A DNA stretch of 64,000 nt from Bacteroidota bacterium. GTDB lineage: Bacteria; Bacteroidota; Bacteroidia; JABDFU01. How positions within the stretch are numbered: position 1 is the first letter of the stretch; every line of letters starts with the position of its first letter. Positions 20,764 through 29,655 of the stretch are shown piece after piece. The notes under the pieces are model-generated. The model saw only the letters and a program-made list of their open reading frames with translations. It was not told where the DNA came from and did not search any database. A program made the position numbers and the translations under genes. The stretch lies in assembly GCA_013286655.1 (NCBI GenBank), contig JABDFG010000002.1, forward strand, positions 21,125-85,124, written 5' to 3'.

Positions 20764-21069
20764 TTACAGACTTTCCAATGCCGTATTCAATTCCCCCGCA
20801 GTTTTTATGTTTTTTTGCCTTTTAGCAACCTCGATTCCTCTTAAATAAGCATTGCGCGCCTTTTCAGGCACTAAAACCTGCTCGTATAATTGCCCCAGTT
20901 GGTAATAAGCTCCTAAATAATCTCCATCCCGCAGGAGAATTTCTTCCAGGAGTGCAATCGCTTTTTTCTGCTGATTTTCTTTCGCATATTCCAGCGCCAG
21001 AACATAATTCAGGAAAGAGTCCAGAGGCTCTGCTTTCAAAAGCTCCAGCAACTCAGCTATGCGGGACAT
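20764..21069 (-). CDS. Small TPR-like protein downstream of accC
   Basis: 101 aa, helical, TPR-like (GAYYQLGQLYEQ). Its start abuts the accC stop. Confidence 0.5.
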   Translation of the reverse strand: MSRIAELLELLKAEPLDSFLNYVLALEYAKENQQKKAIALLEEILLRDGDYLGAYYQLGQLYEQVLVPEKARNAYLRGIEVAKRQKNIKTAGELNTALESL

Positions 21070-22428
21070 TCAGGATGGTTTAACGGTAGGATTCTTCAGA
21101 TCAAAAGATTCCAGAAACTTAGTCGTATAATTACCTTTGACAAACTGCTCATCTTTCATTAGACGCAGGTGAAAAGGAATCGTGGTCTGTATCCCTTCAA
21201 TAACAAACTCACTCAAAGCCCGGTGCATCTTGGCAATTGCTTCCTCGCGTGTCTGGGCGACCGTAATCAGCTTGGCGATCATGGAATCATAATTAGGCGG
21301 AATCGTATAGCCCGCATAAATATGAGAATCCACCCGCACTCCATGTCCTCCGGGAGTATGTAATGTTGTTATTTTTCCAGGACACGGCCGAAAATTATTA
21401 AACGGATCCTCCGCATTGATGCGGCACTCAATCGCATGCATCTGGGGATAATAATTTTTTCCCGAAATAGGGACACCTGCGGCCACCAATATCTGTTCAC
21501 GGATCAGGTCATAATTGATCACCTCCTCCGTGATCGGATGCTCCACCTGGATCCGCGTATTCATCTCCATAAAATAAAAATTCCGGTGCTTATCCACCAA
21601 AAACTCCACCGTTCCAACCCCCTCATAATTCACTGCTGTCGCCGCTTTTATGGCGGCTTCCCCCATCGCGTCCCGTAGTTCCTTTGTCATAAAAGGCGAA
21701 GGTGTTTCCTCTGCCAGTTTCTGATGTCTGCGCTGGATAGAACAATCCCGTTCACTCAAATGACAAGCTTTACCATACTGATCCCCCACAATCTGTATCT
21801 CAATATGACGCGGCTCTTCAATGTATTTCTCCATGTACATACCATCATTTCCAAAAGAAGCTGCGGCCTCCTGACGGGCGGTATTCCAGGCCTTCTCCAG
21901 TTCCGCTTCTTCCCATACAATCCGCATCCCCTTACCGCCACCACCGGCCGTTGCCTTCATAATCACCGGAAATCCTATTTTCTTTGCAATTTTTTTCGCG
22001 TCTTCCAGGTCAAGCAACAAACCCTCCGAACCCGGAATACAAGGCACACCCGCCTTTTTCATCGTATCCTTGGCCGAAGATTTATCTCCCATCGACTCAA
22101 TCATCTCCGGCGAGGCACCAATAAACTTGATGTCATGTTCCTTACAGATCCTTGAAAACTTGGCATTCTCCGAAAGAAACCCATAACCCGGATGAATTGC
22201 ATCCGCATTGGTAATTTCCGCAGCCGAAATAATGCTCGGAATATTTAAATATGAATCCTTACTCAGGGGAGGACCAATACAAACTGCCTCATCTGCAAAT
22301 TTTACGTGCAGGCTTTCCTTATCAGCAGTGGAATACACCGCAATGGTTTGAATTCCCATTTCCTTGCACGTACGTATCACACGCAATGCAATCTCGCCCC
22401 GGTTTGCAATTAATATTTTTTTGAACAT
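21070..22428 (-). CDS. accC: Acetyl-CoA carboxylase biotin carboxylase subunit
   Basis: 452 aa with ATP-grasp biotin carboxylase motifs ([25 protein letters not shown]). Confidence 0.9.
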   Translation of the reverse strand: MFKKILIANRGEIALRVIRTCKEMGIQTIAVYSTADKESLHVKFADEAVCIGPPLSKDSYLNIPSIISAAEITNADAIHPGYGFLSENAKFSRICKEHDIKFIGASPEMIESMGDKSSAKDTMKKAGVPCIPGSEGLLLDLEDAKKIAKKIGFPVIMKATAGGGGKGMRIVWEEAELEKAWNTARQEAAASFGNDGMYMEKYIEEPRHIEIQIVGDQYGKACHLSERDCSIQRRHQKLAEETPSPFMTKELRDAMGEAAIKAATAVNYEGVGTVEFLVDKHRNFYFMEMNTRIQVEHPITEEVINYDLIREQILVAAGVPISGKNYYPQMHAIECRINAEDPFNNFRPCPGKITTLHTPGGHGVRVDSHIYAGYTIPPNYDSMIAKLITVAQTREEAIAKMHRALSEFVIEGIQTTIPFHLRLMKDEQFVKGNYTTKFLESFDLKNPTVKPS

Positions 22429-22440
22429 AGTTATGTTATC

Positions 22441-22558
22441 TGTTATGAGCCAATAGTGAATAGTAAATAGCGAATAGGGGAAATTTACAGATTGCTATAT
22501 TCCATTTACCATTTATCATTCTACATTTCCTATTACCTATTCGCTAGTGGCTACTCGC
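22441..22558. repeat. accB-accC intergenic word-repeat element with long-range inverted repeat (AATAGCGAATAGG ... CCTATTCGCTAG)
   Basis: CCAATAGTGAATAGTAAATAGCGAATAGGGG at 22447-22486 and its approximate reverse complement CCTATTACCTATTCGCTAGTGGCTACTCGC at 22520-22552, separated by an AT-rich spacer of about 35 nt. It belongs to the GCGAATAGC/CCAATAGC word family seen at other intergenic sites. Confidence 0.5.
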
Positions 22559-23071
22559 TTAACTAGGATCCACTAAGAACAGCGGTTGATCATATTCAAC
22601 GGGCGTAGCATCATTCACCAGCACCTTCACCACTTTGCCTTTAATATCACTCTCAATTTCGTTAAACAGTTTCATGGCTTCAATAATACACACCGGGCTT
22701 CCAACTTTAATCTCATCTCCTACATTCACAAAAACCGGTTTATCCGGAGCCGAAGAGCGGTAAAAAGTACCGATCATGGGGGACTTAATGGTAATATAGT
22801 GAGCTTCTTCATTCACAGCGGCTTTTTCCGGAGCTTTCTTTTCATCTACCGGCGCAGGTATATTCGTCTGGATCTGAGGAGGAGTCACCAGCGGAGCGGT
22901 CACCGTAGTCACCAGCGGAACATTTGTTTGCAGAAGAGTTGTTTCCGGCCCTTTACCACTTCCATTTTTAGTTTTGATAATAATCTTAACATCCTTCGTT
23001 TGCAGTTCCACTTCACTCACTCCCGATTTAGCCACAAACTTTATCAGATCCTGGATTTCGCTCAGTTTCAT
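22559..23071 (-). CDS. accB: Acetyl-CoA carboxylase biotin carboxyl carrier protein
   Basis: Biotinyl-lysine motif IEAMKLFNEIE. The track ORF starts at a GTG (23116), so the start was set at the in-frame ATG giving MKLSEIQDLIKFV, the typical BCCP N-terminus. Confidence 0.85.
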   Translation of the reverse strand: MKLSEIQDLIKFVAKSGVSEVELQTKDVKIIIKTKNGSGKGPETTLLQTNVPLVTTVTAPLVTPPQIQTNIPAPVDEKKAPEKAAVNEEAHYITIKSPMIGTFYRSSAPDKPVFVNVGDEIKVGSPVCIIEAMKLFNEIESDIKGKVVKVLVNDATPVEYDQPLFLVDPS

Positions 23072-23245
23072 TTCAGTTGATTTAGAAGATGATTTACTCG
23101 TTTTTTCAGTACTCACTTTTTGTTAATTAGCCGATTAGCCAATTTGTTAATTAGCCAATCCAAGTTTATTAATTAATTATCTATTATTTGCCTCTTCTCT
23201 TTCATTTTTAAAATTAGCTAATCCGTTTATTTGCGAATTAATCAA

Positions 23246-24235
23246 TTAATACGCCCATTTTAAATAAATTGCACCCCAGGTAAAACCAGCGCCAAAAGTC
23301 GACAAAATAAGATTGTCGCCCTTTTTCAGCTGCTTCTCATAATCCCACAAACACAAAGGTAAGGTACCTGCCGTCGTATTTCCGTATTTCTGTATATTGA
23401 TCATCACCTTTTCAGGGGCAAGTCCCATGCGATGCGAGGTAGCATCAATAATACGTTTATTAGCCTGATGTGGCACTAACCAAGCTACGTCTTCCGACGA
23501 AAGCCCGTTCTTTTCCATAATTTTTGCCGATACCTCCGCCATCCCCACCACGGCAGCTTTAAAAACAGCCTGGCCCTCTTGATAAACATAATGTTCTTTA
23601 GCATCCACCGTAGCATGTGTAGGCGGCTTTACCGAACCTCCTGCCTTTTGATGCAGGTATTGCCGGCCGGCACCATCCACGTGAAGCAGTGAATCAATAA
23701 TGCCCAAACCTTCTGTATTCGGTTCCAGCAAAACAGCACCCGCCCCATCCCCAAAAATAATACAGGTGGAACGATCACTGTAATCAATAATAGAAGACAT
23801 TTTATCCGCACCTACGACAATTACCTTTTTATACTTGCCTGTTTCAATAAACTGGGCACCGCTCGTAAGCGCAAACAAAAATCCAGAACAGGCAGCGGCC
23901 ACGTCATATCCCCAGGCATTTGTAGCCCCCACCTTATCACAAACAATATTAGAAGTAGAGGGAAAAACAAGATCAGGAGTAACCGTTCCCACTATGATCA
24001 GGTCAATGTCAAGTGCTGTAATGCCGCGTTTTTTCAGGAGTTCCTCAATGGCCTTAACACACATATCAGAGGTGCCCAGCCCTTCACCCTTTAATATGCG
24101 CCGTTCCTTAATACCCGTGCGACTTTCGATCCAGCCGGCAGTAGTAGGCACCATTTTTTCCAGCTCCGTATTGCTTAAAACAAAGTCAGGCACATACCCA
24201 CCCACTGCGGTTATGGCAGCCGTTACTTTCGTCAT
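23246..24235 (-). CDS. fabH: 3-oxoacyl-ACP synthase III
   Basis: 329 aa with the catalytic triad context (AACSGF, HQAN, GNTTAGT). The ATGA overlap with the plsX stop implies coupling. Confidence 0.9.
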   Translation of the reverse strand: MTKVTAAITAVGGYVPDFVLSNTELEKMVPTTAGWIESRTGIKERRILKGEGLGTSDMCVKAIEELLKKRGITALDIDLIIVGTVTPDLVFPSTSNIVCDKVGATNAWGYDVAAACSGFLFALTSGAQFIETGKYKKVIVVGADKMSSIIDYSDRSTCIIFGDGAGAVLLEPNTEGLGIIDSLLHVDGAGRQYLHQKAGGSVKPPTHATVDAKEHYVYQEGQAVFKAAVVGMAEVSAKIMEKNGLSSEDVAWLVPHQANKRIIDATSHRMGLAPEKVMINIQKYGNTTAGTLPLCLWDYEKQLKKGDNLILSTFGAGFTWGAIYLKWAY

Positions 24236-25212
24236 CGGGCACCTCCAGTCTCCCCTTCGGGAACTCCGGAAGGGGCTTTAAACGCTTCTTTGATCTTTTC
24301 AGAGAGTCCAGCCTCGGTAACATTTTTCGACAATAAGATCATATTTTTGCTGGCAATATCATTGGATATCCCATGTCCGATGATTACGTTGGCGTTCACA
24401 CCCAGGACAGGCGTACCTCCGTAATTTTCATAATTGAACCGGTCAAAATATTCATCTTTAATTCCACGCTTCTTAATCATATAATAAAAAGACTCGGCTT
24501 CCTTCAGCACCACATTACCCGTAAACCCATCACATACGATCACATCCGCTTTGTCATTAAAAAAATCACGACCTTCTACATTCCCTATAAAATTAAAAGC
24601 ATTGGACTCCTTCATCAACACATGAGCCGCCTGAGACAAAAGATTACCCTTTTCCGATTCCTCTCCAATATTCAGAAGCCCCACCTTCGGATTATCATTC
24701 CCATACACATTTTTAAAATATAAAGAACCCAATACCGCAAATTGGTAAAGTGTGTCTGGTTTACAATCTGCGTTCGTTCCTACATCCAGAACAATTCCAA
24801 AACCACCCTTAAATTTAGGTAATATAGAAGTAATGCAAGGACGTAAAACGCCTTCAATCGTTTTAATCGTAAACATACAGCCCACCAGCATGGCGCCTGT
24901 ATTCCCCGAACTGGCAAAAGCATCCAGCGATCCTTCTTTGAGCATTTTAAAGCCAAGAGCAATCGTTGAATTTGGTTTTTGAGAATAGGCCTTGGTCGGG
25001 TGTTCACCCATGCCGATAATTTCGGTTGCATGAACAATATCAAAATCAGCAGGATTGGCTCCTCTTTTTTCAAGTATTGGAATGATCTGTTCCCGGTCGC
25101 CAATAAGCACCAGCCTGACCGATCCCGGAAGCTCTTTAAAAGCCAGAACGGCACCTGAAACAGGTGCATCCGGGGCGTGATCACCACCCATCACATCAAT
25201 TCCAATCCTCAT
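24232..25212 (-). CDS. plsX: Phosphate acyltransferase PlsX
   Basis: 326 aa with the conserved N-terminus MRIGIDVMGGDHAP. Confidence 0.9.
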   Translation of the reverse strand: MRIGIDVMGGDHAPDAPVSGAVLAFKELPGSVRLVLIGDREQIIPILEKRGANPADFDIVHATEIIGMGEHPTKAYSQKPNSTIALGFKMLKEGSLDAFASSGNTGAMLVGCMFTIKTIEGVLRPCITSILPKFKGGFGIVLDVGTNADCKPDTLYQFAVLGSLYFKNVYGNDNPKVGLLNIGEESEKGNLLSQAAHVLMKESNAFNFIGNVEGRDFFNDKADVIVCDGFTGNVVLKEAESFYYMIKKRGIKDEYFDRFNYENYGGTPVLGVNANVIIGHGISNDIASKNMILLSKNVTEAGLSEKIKEAFKAPSGVPEGETGGAR

Positions 25213-25214
25213 TC

Positions 25215-25403
25215 TTAAGCGGCGGCTTTTTCCATGACCACTTTACCTTTATAGTAAAGTTTACCGTCGTGCCAGTAAGCACGATGCGTAAGGTGCACTT
25301 CGCCGGTCGTAGGACAAGTCGTTAAAGAACTCGTATGAGCTTTAAAGTGAGCCCTTCTGGAGGCTGTTCTTGCTTTCGAATGTCTTCGTTTGGGATTTGG
25401 CAT
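25215..25403 (-). CDS. rpmF: 50S ribosomal protein L32
   Basis: 62 aa, N-terminus MPNPKRRHSKARTASRRAHF. Conserved position between yceD and plsX. Confidence 0.85.
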   Translation of the reverse strand: MPNPKRRHSKARTASRRAHFKAHTSSLTTCPTTGEVHLTHRAYWHDGKLYYKGKVVMEKAAA

Positions 25404-25415
25404 TTTAGGTAATTT

Positions 25416-25937
25416 TTAATTGTTAAACTTCAAATTCTTTAACAGATCCCAGCGGGGATCTGTGGGGTGATCCTTCCCCGAGGCTTCAATCTCTTTTAAT
25501 TTCTTAATCGTTTCCTGGTTACACTCACTCAATTTAGCATGAACCCGTTTAGCAGGAAGCGAGAGTAATGTATATTCATATAACTGATGCGCAATATCCA
25601 GTTCCCCTTCATTTGCAGTAAGCCTGATCAAATCTTCATTCTCTCCTACTTCTGCCTCCGCACCCAACTTCACAAAAAGCTGGTATTCTCCTTTGATCTT
25701 CATACTCAGGTCGTCCGCACAACGGTCACAAGGAACAATAACCTGTCCCCGTACGATAAAATCAATAATAAGCAAAGCGCTTTGTTTATTAAGACGTACA
25801 TCAATCCTGACCTCTGCTTTTTTTATTTCAGAATACTCTAATTCTTCAAAGAACGCGTCATTCAGAATATATTCATATTCATGTTTGCCAATACTCAGGC
25901 CACTGAATGAAATAACATATTTTCTTTTACCGCTCAT
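25416..25937 (-). CDS. yceD: YceD/DUF177-family protein (large-subunit rRNA accumulation protein)
   Basis: The first gene of the conserved yceD-rpmF-plsX-fabH cluster. The track start at 25961 is TTG, so the start was moved to the ATG at 25937 (MSGKRKYVISF). It carries the DUF177 Cys pair (CDRCADDL). Confidence 0.7.
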   Translation of the reverse strand: MSGKRKYVISFSGLSIGKHEYEYILNDAFFEELEYSEIKKAEVRIDVRLNKQSALLIIDFIVRGQVIVPCDRCADDLSMKIKGEYQLFVKLGAEAEVGENEDLIRLTANEGELDIAHQLYEYTLLSLPAKRVHAKLSECNQETIKKLKEIEASGKDHPTDPRWDLLKNLKFNN

Positions 25938-26225
25938 TGTAAATGGTAAAATGGAGCGCAAAGATAAAAAAACGAGTGGGATATCATAAAAAATGTAGCC
26001 TAATTTTCAGTTTTTACCTAAAAACGCAGCGAAAGACACTGATTTTTGTGTTTTTGTACCATTTAATATAACTGATGTCGGAGAATTCGCTTAATCATCT
26101 GCTGCAACAATAAACCCATTCGTCTCTGCATTCGTATTACTAGTATATTTTAGTTGCAAAAGGCGAAACGACAAAATATATTTGGACAGCTTTTGTAATT
26201 ATTATAAACCAATATCAGAAAAATC

Positions 26226-26612
26226 ATGGGACCCCATTCAATCAGTATAGCAGTATTACTGCTATCGCTTACAGGAGGAACATTCCTGCTCGCCAAAGCC
26301 AATAAAGAAGAATTAGGCATATATTACAAAGTAGTTGCCTGGTTCGTGATCATATTTTCCATACTGCTAATCCTCTGTTCCAGCATACGAGGAATTATAG
26401 GCAGGGAACACAGAATGAAAAATCATTTCGGCCCAGGGGCGATGATGTTCAGAGAGCACCGCATGATGGGGGAGAACCCCTTCGAAAACCGTTCCGGAAT
26501 GAGGGAAGAAGAGGAAAATGAAAACTCTTTTAAAGGGAGAATGCACCACCACAGAGGACATGAAAACGGGGAAGAAAAACAAGACACAACAGCAACCCAT
26601 ACCAAACCCTGA
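26226..26612 (+). CDS. Small membrane protein with His/Met-rich C-terminal tail (candidate metal-binding)
   Basis: 128 aa with two predicted TM helices and a tail rich in H and M (HRMKNH, MMFREHRMMG, MHHHRGHENGEE). Confidence 0.4.
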   Translation: MGPHSISIAVLLLSLTGGTFLLAKANKEELGIYYKVVAWFVIIFSILLILCSSIRGIIGREHRMKNHFGPGAMMFREHRMMGENPFENRSGMREEEENENSFKGRMHHHRGHENGEEKQDTTATHTKP

Positions 26613-26733
26613 AGGGAGCCTATCCAGCTAATGCTTTAACAATTAAAAATTACGTAGTCAACAATTGACTGGCTGACATAATACTATTTATATATAACTT
26701 ACGTTAGTTAAGTAGGTCTTTTATAGTAAAGAA

Positions 26734-27342
26734 ATGTCAGCCATTAGATTTATCCAAACAGCTGTTTTAGCAATAGTTCCCTTTTTGTGCTTTGCACAGG
26801 ATAATGGAGCTAAAAGCGCAGGCGTTCCAACAACAGGTGCAACGGACTGTCCGACCTGGAATAATAAAAAAACAACTAACCGTGGAAGTTTTCTGGAGTT
26901 TATGAGAAACTCACAGGGAAAGCAGCTAAGTGCTATGAAGAAAATCCCGGATAGCCTCGAAAAGACCACTACCGCCACTAATTTTTATACCCAAAGACGA
27001 TACAATCGAGTCGCTAAAAATCCGGTGATACCTTCGGGTGATTCAAAAGAAACTCCTCTACAGCTTAGTGCAACCGAAAAAGCAAAAATCAAAGCCCCTG
27101 AAGAAACCCCCATGACGGAAACAGTTACCGATCCGAAAATTGAACACACACCCATGTATTCCTCGTCGTATATATCTACACAAAAAATCCCTCAAAGTAA
27201 AAATTTGGAAAGCGGCAGTACGCAAGTTGAATCAAGCAAAAAACACTCCTCCAGATTCAAAACAAAACTTATTCGCTTCTTCTCTAAAAAAACCAACAGA
27301 CCGGCCAAGCCGAATTATGAGAAGTGTACTACCAAGTTCTAA
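26734..27342 (+). CDS. Secreted low-complexity basic protein, hypothetical
   Basis: 202 aa with a signal peptide MSAIRFIQTAVLAIVPFLCFAQ followed by Thr/Ser/Lys/Pro-rich, probably disordered sequence. Confidence 0.35.
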   Translation: MSAIRFIQTAVLAIVPFLCFAQDNGAKSAGVPTTGATDCPTWNNKKTTNRGSFLEFMRNSQGKQLSAMKKIPDSLEKTTTATNFYTQRRYNRVAKNPVIPSGDSKETPLQLSATEKAKIKAPEETPMTETVTDPKIEHTPMYSSSYISTQKIPQSKNLESGSTQVESSKKHSSRFKTKLIRFFSKKTNRPAKPNYEKCTTKF

Positions 27343-27350
27343 ATGGAATC

Positions 27351-27378
27351 AAAAAGCCCCCGAGGGGTTCAGGGGCTT
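27351..27378. terminator. Bidirectional intrinsic-terminator-like hairpin (AAGCCCC-N11-GGGGCTT) between the convergent 26734 gene and tRNA-Arg
   Basis: A 7-bp GC-rich stem read directly, 9 nt after the stop at 27342 and 30 nt beyond the tRNA 3' end. Confidence 0.45.
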
Positions 27379-27408
27379 AATGGTGAGATAAATGAGACTT
27401 ATCTCTAT

Positions 27409-27484
27409 TGGTGCACCCGGAGAGACTCGAACTCCCAACCCTCAGAACCGGAATCTGATATTCTATCCATTGAACTACGGGTGC
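27409..27484 (-). tRNA. tRNA-Arg (anticodon CCG)
   Basis: 76-nt cloverleaf folded by hand: acceptor GCACCCG/CGGGTGC, D-arm GTTC-AATGGATA-GAAT, anticodon arm TCAGA-TTCCGGT-TCTGA (U33, CCG, G37), T-arm GGGAG-TTCGAGT-CTCTC, encoded CCA. The 5' end overlaps the stop codon of the SPOR gene by 1 nt. Confidence 0.85.
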
Positions 27485-27942
27485 TATTTTACTATTTCTT
27501 TTAGTTCGATTTCGTCTTGTACTATGAATGAGCTTGGAAAATCGACTGTTATTTCTTTCAGGAATTTGTAGGCTTCTATTCTTGTCCGGAAGTCTCCTAC
27601 GCGTACTTTGAAGTTGGGTTGTTCATAGGGTTCGTAGGCTGCTGTGTTGTTGTATTTTTGCATGAACCGGAGCTTGATTTCGTTGGCTTTGTCCCGGTCT
27701 GATCCGAAGTGGATCTGTACCCGGTAGCCTTTTACTTTTCCGTCTTTTTTTTCGTTGATAGCCAGGCTTTTGTCCATCAGCTCGCTGATTTTGCTGTCTT
27801 GTATGTATTCTACTTTTCCGCTGTCTCCAGGTGCTGTCTGGGAATGTAGTTGACCAATACCCGGCATTAACATGATGAGACTGATTAATATGGACTGACT
27901 TAACTTCATTTTCTTGCGCAAAGGTAGAATTTTATTAGTCAT
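27484..27942 (-). CDS. SPOR-domain (peptidoglycan-binding) protein
   Basis: 152 aa with a signal/TM N-terminus and a C-terminal SPOR-like region (GYRVQIHFGSDRDKANEI...FKVRVGDFRTRIEA). Confidence 0.6.
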   Translation of the reverse strand: MTNKILPLRKKMKLSQSILISLIMLMPGIGQLHSQTAPGDSGKVEYIQDSKISELMDKSLAINEKKDGKVKGYRVQIHFGSDRDKANEIKLRFMQKYNNTAAYEPYEQPNFKVRVGDFRTRIEAYKFLKEITVDFPSSFIVQDEIELKEIVK

Positions 27943-28190
27943 GAATTAATTTTTTGCTGCTTGTCTTGCCTGGGGCAATGAAAAAAATCCGATGAATAAT
28001 TAAAATGTCATGACCAATATATTGTCCAATCTGCTAAATTGTTAATCTCTAAAAATCAACTGCTTGTGAGACTATTTAGAATCATTATAAATTACGCATT
28101 TTTTAACAGATTTTAACTTTTGAACGGGTGTACCTGTTAAATTTGCGCCGAAGCTGACATGGATCTTTACATTCTCTTAATAAATTTTTA

Positions 28191-29462
28191 ATGCGTATGA
28201 CTACTACTCTCGCTGGTAAAATCAAGGCTTTCAAGAATGCGGCTGTCCTCCTCCTTTGTGTTTTAAGCCTTACTTTTTCTTCTGCTTTTGCGGATGATGG
28301 GGCTAAAATCTTTAAACAAAATTGTGCTGTTTGCCACCGTCTGGATGCTCAAAAGCTTACTGGTCCTGGGCTGGCTGGTGTTGCGGGTCGTGTTCCTTCC
28401 GATGATTGGTTACAAAAATGGATTAAGAATAATGAAGCGCTTCGTAAAAGTGGGGATGCTTATGCGAATAAGGTGTTCCAGGATAATGGTGGTACAGCGA
28501 TGACCGTTTTTGACGGGGTTATTTCGGATGAGGATATTAAAACCCTGATTACCTATATTAAAAATCCTCCTGCGGAGAAGGCTCCTGCTCAGGAAGTTGC
28601 TAAGCAAGGAAATGAAGCGGGAGCGGGACAGGAGGAAAGTCCGGTGAATACGTATCTTATATTGAGTGGGGTTCTGGCCTTGCTTTTAGTGTTGGCTGTT
28701 GTTCTCCGCGGTGTGAAATATAATTTGTTGAATGTTGTTGCTCAAAAGAAAAATCAGCCGGAGGTTTCGGATATGGGCTGGTGGCGTTCGACGATTTTGT
28801 GGTTGAGTACCCATAAGCGTACGGTTGCTGCCCTGGTTATTGTTAGCTGTCTCTGGCTTTCAAAAATTGCCTGGGACGGTATGATGGGGATTGGTGTTTA
28901 TACGGGTTATAAGCCGGAGCAGCCGATTAAGTTTTCTCATAAGATCCACGCTGGGGATAATGCTATTAATTGCCAGTACTGCCATTCAACGGTTGAGAAG
29001 AGCCGTCATGCGGGTATTCCTTCTCCGAATGTTTGTATGAATTGCCACAAGGGGATTGATCATGGTCCAACTACGGGGACTGCTGAGATCGCAAAAATTT
29101 ATGCTGCTATCGGCTGGGATCCGCAAACTCAAAAGTATGATAAGGAGCCTAAGGGTATTAAGTGGGTGAAGGTGCATAACCTTCAGGATTTTGTTTTCTT
29201 CAGCCATCAGCAGCATGTGAAGGTGGGTAAGCTGGATTGCAGCAATTGTCATGGAGATGTTAAATCGATGACGGTTGCTCAACAGGTGCAACCGCTGACC
29301 ATGGGCTGGTGTATCGATTGTCACCGTAAAACGGAGGTGGCTGGTATGAAGGATAATCCTTATTATGAGGAGTTACATAAGAAGCTGGCGGAGAAGTATA
29401 AAGGGCAAAAGATTACGGTTGATAAAATGGGTGGTATTGAGTGTGCGAAGTGCCATTATTAA
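28191..29462 (+). CDS. actA: Alternative complex III subunit ActA, multihaem cytochrome c with an extra N-terminal monohaem domain (6 CXXCH)
   Basis: 423 aa with six CXXCH motifs (CAVCH, CQYCH, CMNCH, CSNCH, CIDCH, CAKCH). A signal peptide plus class-I-like c domain is followed by two hydrophobic helices and a pentahaem domain. It is the first gene of the act operon. Confidence 0.8.
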   Translation: MRMTTTLAGKIKAFKNAAVLLLCVLSLTFSSAFADDGAKIFKQNCAVCHRLDAQKLTGPGLAGVAGRVPSDDWLQKWIKNNEALRKSGDAYANKVFQDNGGTAMTVFDGVISDEDIKTLITYIKNPPAEKAPAQEVAKQGNEAGAGQEESPVNTYLILSGVLALLLVLAVVLRGVKYNLLNVVAQKKNQPEVSDMGWWRSTILWLSTHKRTVAALVIVSCLWLSKIAWDGMMGIGVYTGYKPEQPIKFSHKIHAGDNAINCQYCHSTVEKSRHAGIPSPNVCMNCHKGIDHGPTTGTAEIAKIYAAIGWDPQTQKYDKEPKGIKWVKVHNLQDFVFFSHQQHVKVGKLDCSNCHGDVKSMTVAQQVQPLTMGWCIDCHRKTEVAGMKDNPYYEELHKKLAEKYKGQKITVDKMGGIECAKCHY

Positions 29463-29655
29463 TTTTAATAAAAGCGAGTAGCCAAATGCAAAGCATTCAT
29501 GAACACTTTAAAATAGAAATGAAACGAGTGAGTAATAGCGAATAGTGGTATTTATTGACGCAGAAATTTTATGAGTTTAAATAATGATAAAAGAAATGAT
29601 AAGCCCTATTGGCTATTGGCTAATCGCTATTCACTAATATAAGTAACGTCAAAAT

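Noticed and set aside
28100-28190. Possible FNR/CRP-like box (TTGAAC...GTTAA) upstream of actA
   Set aside because: It is only a weak partial palindrome with no second supporting instance, too speculative to call.
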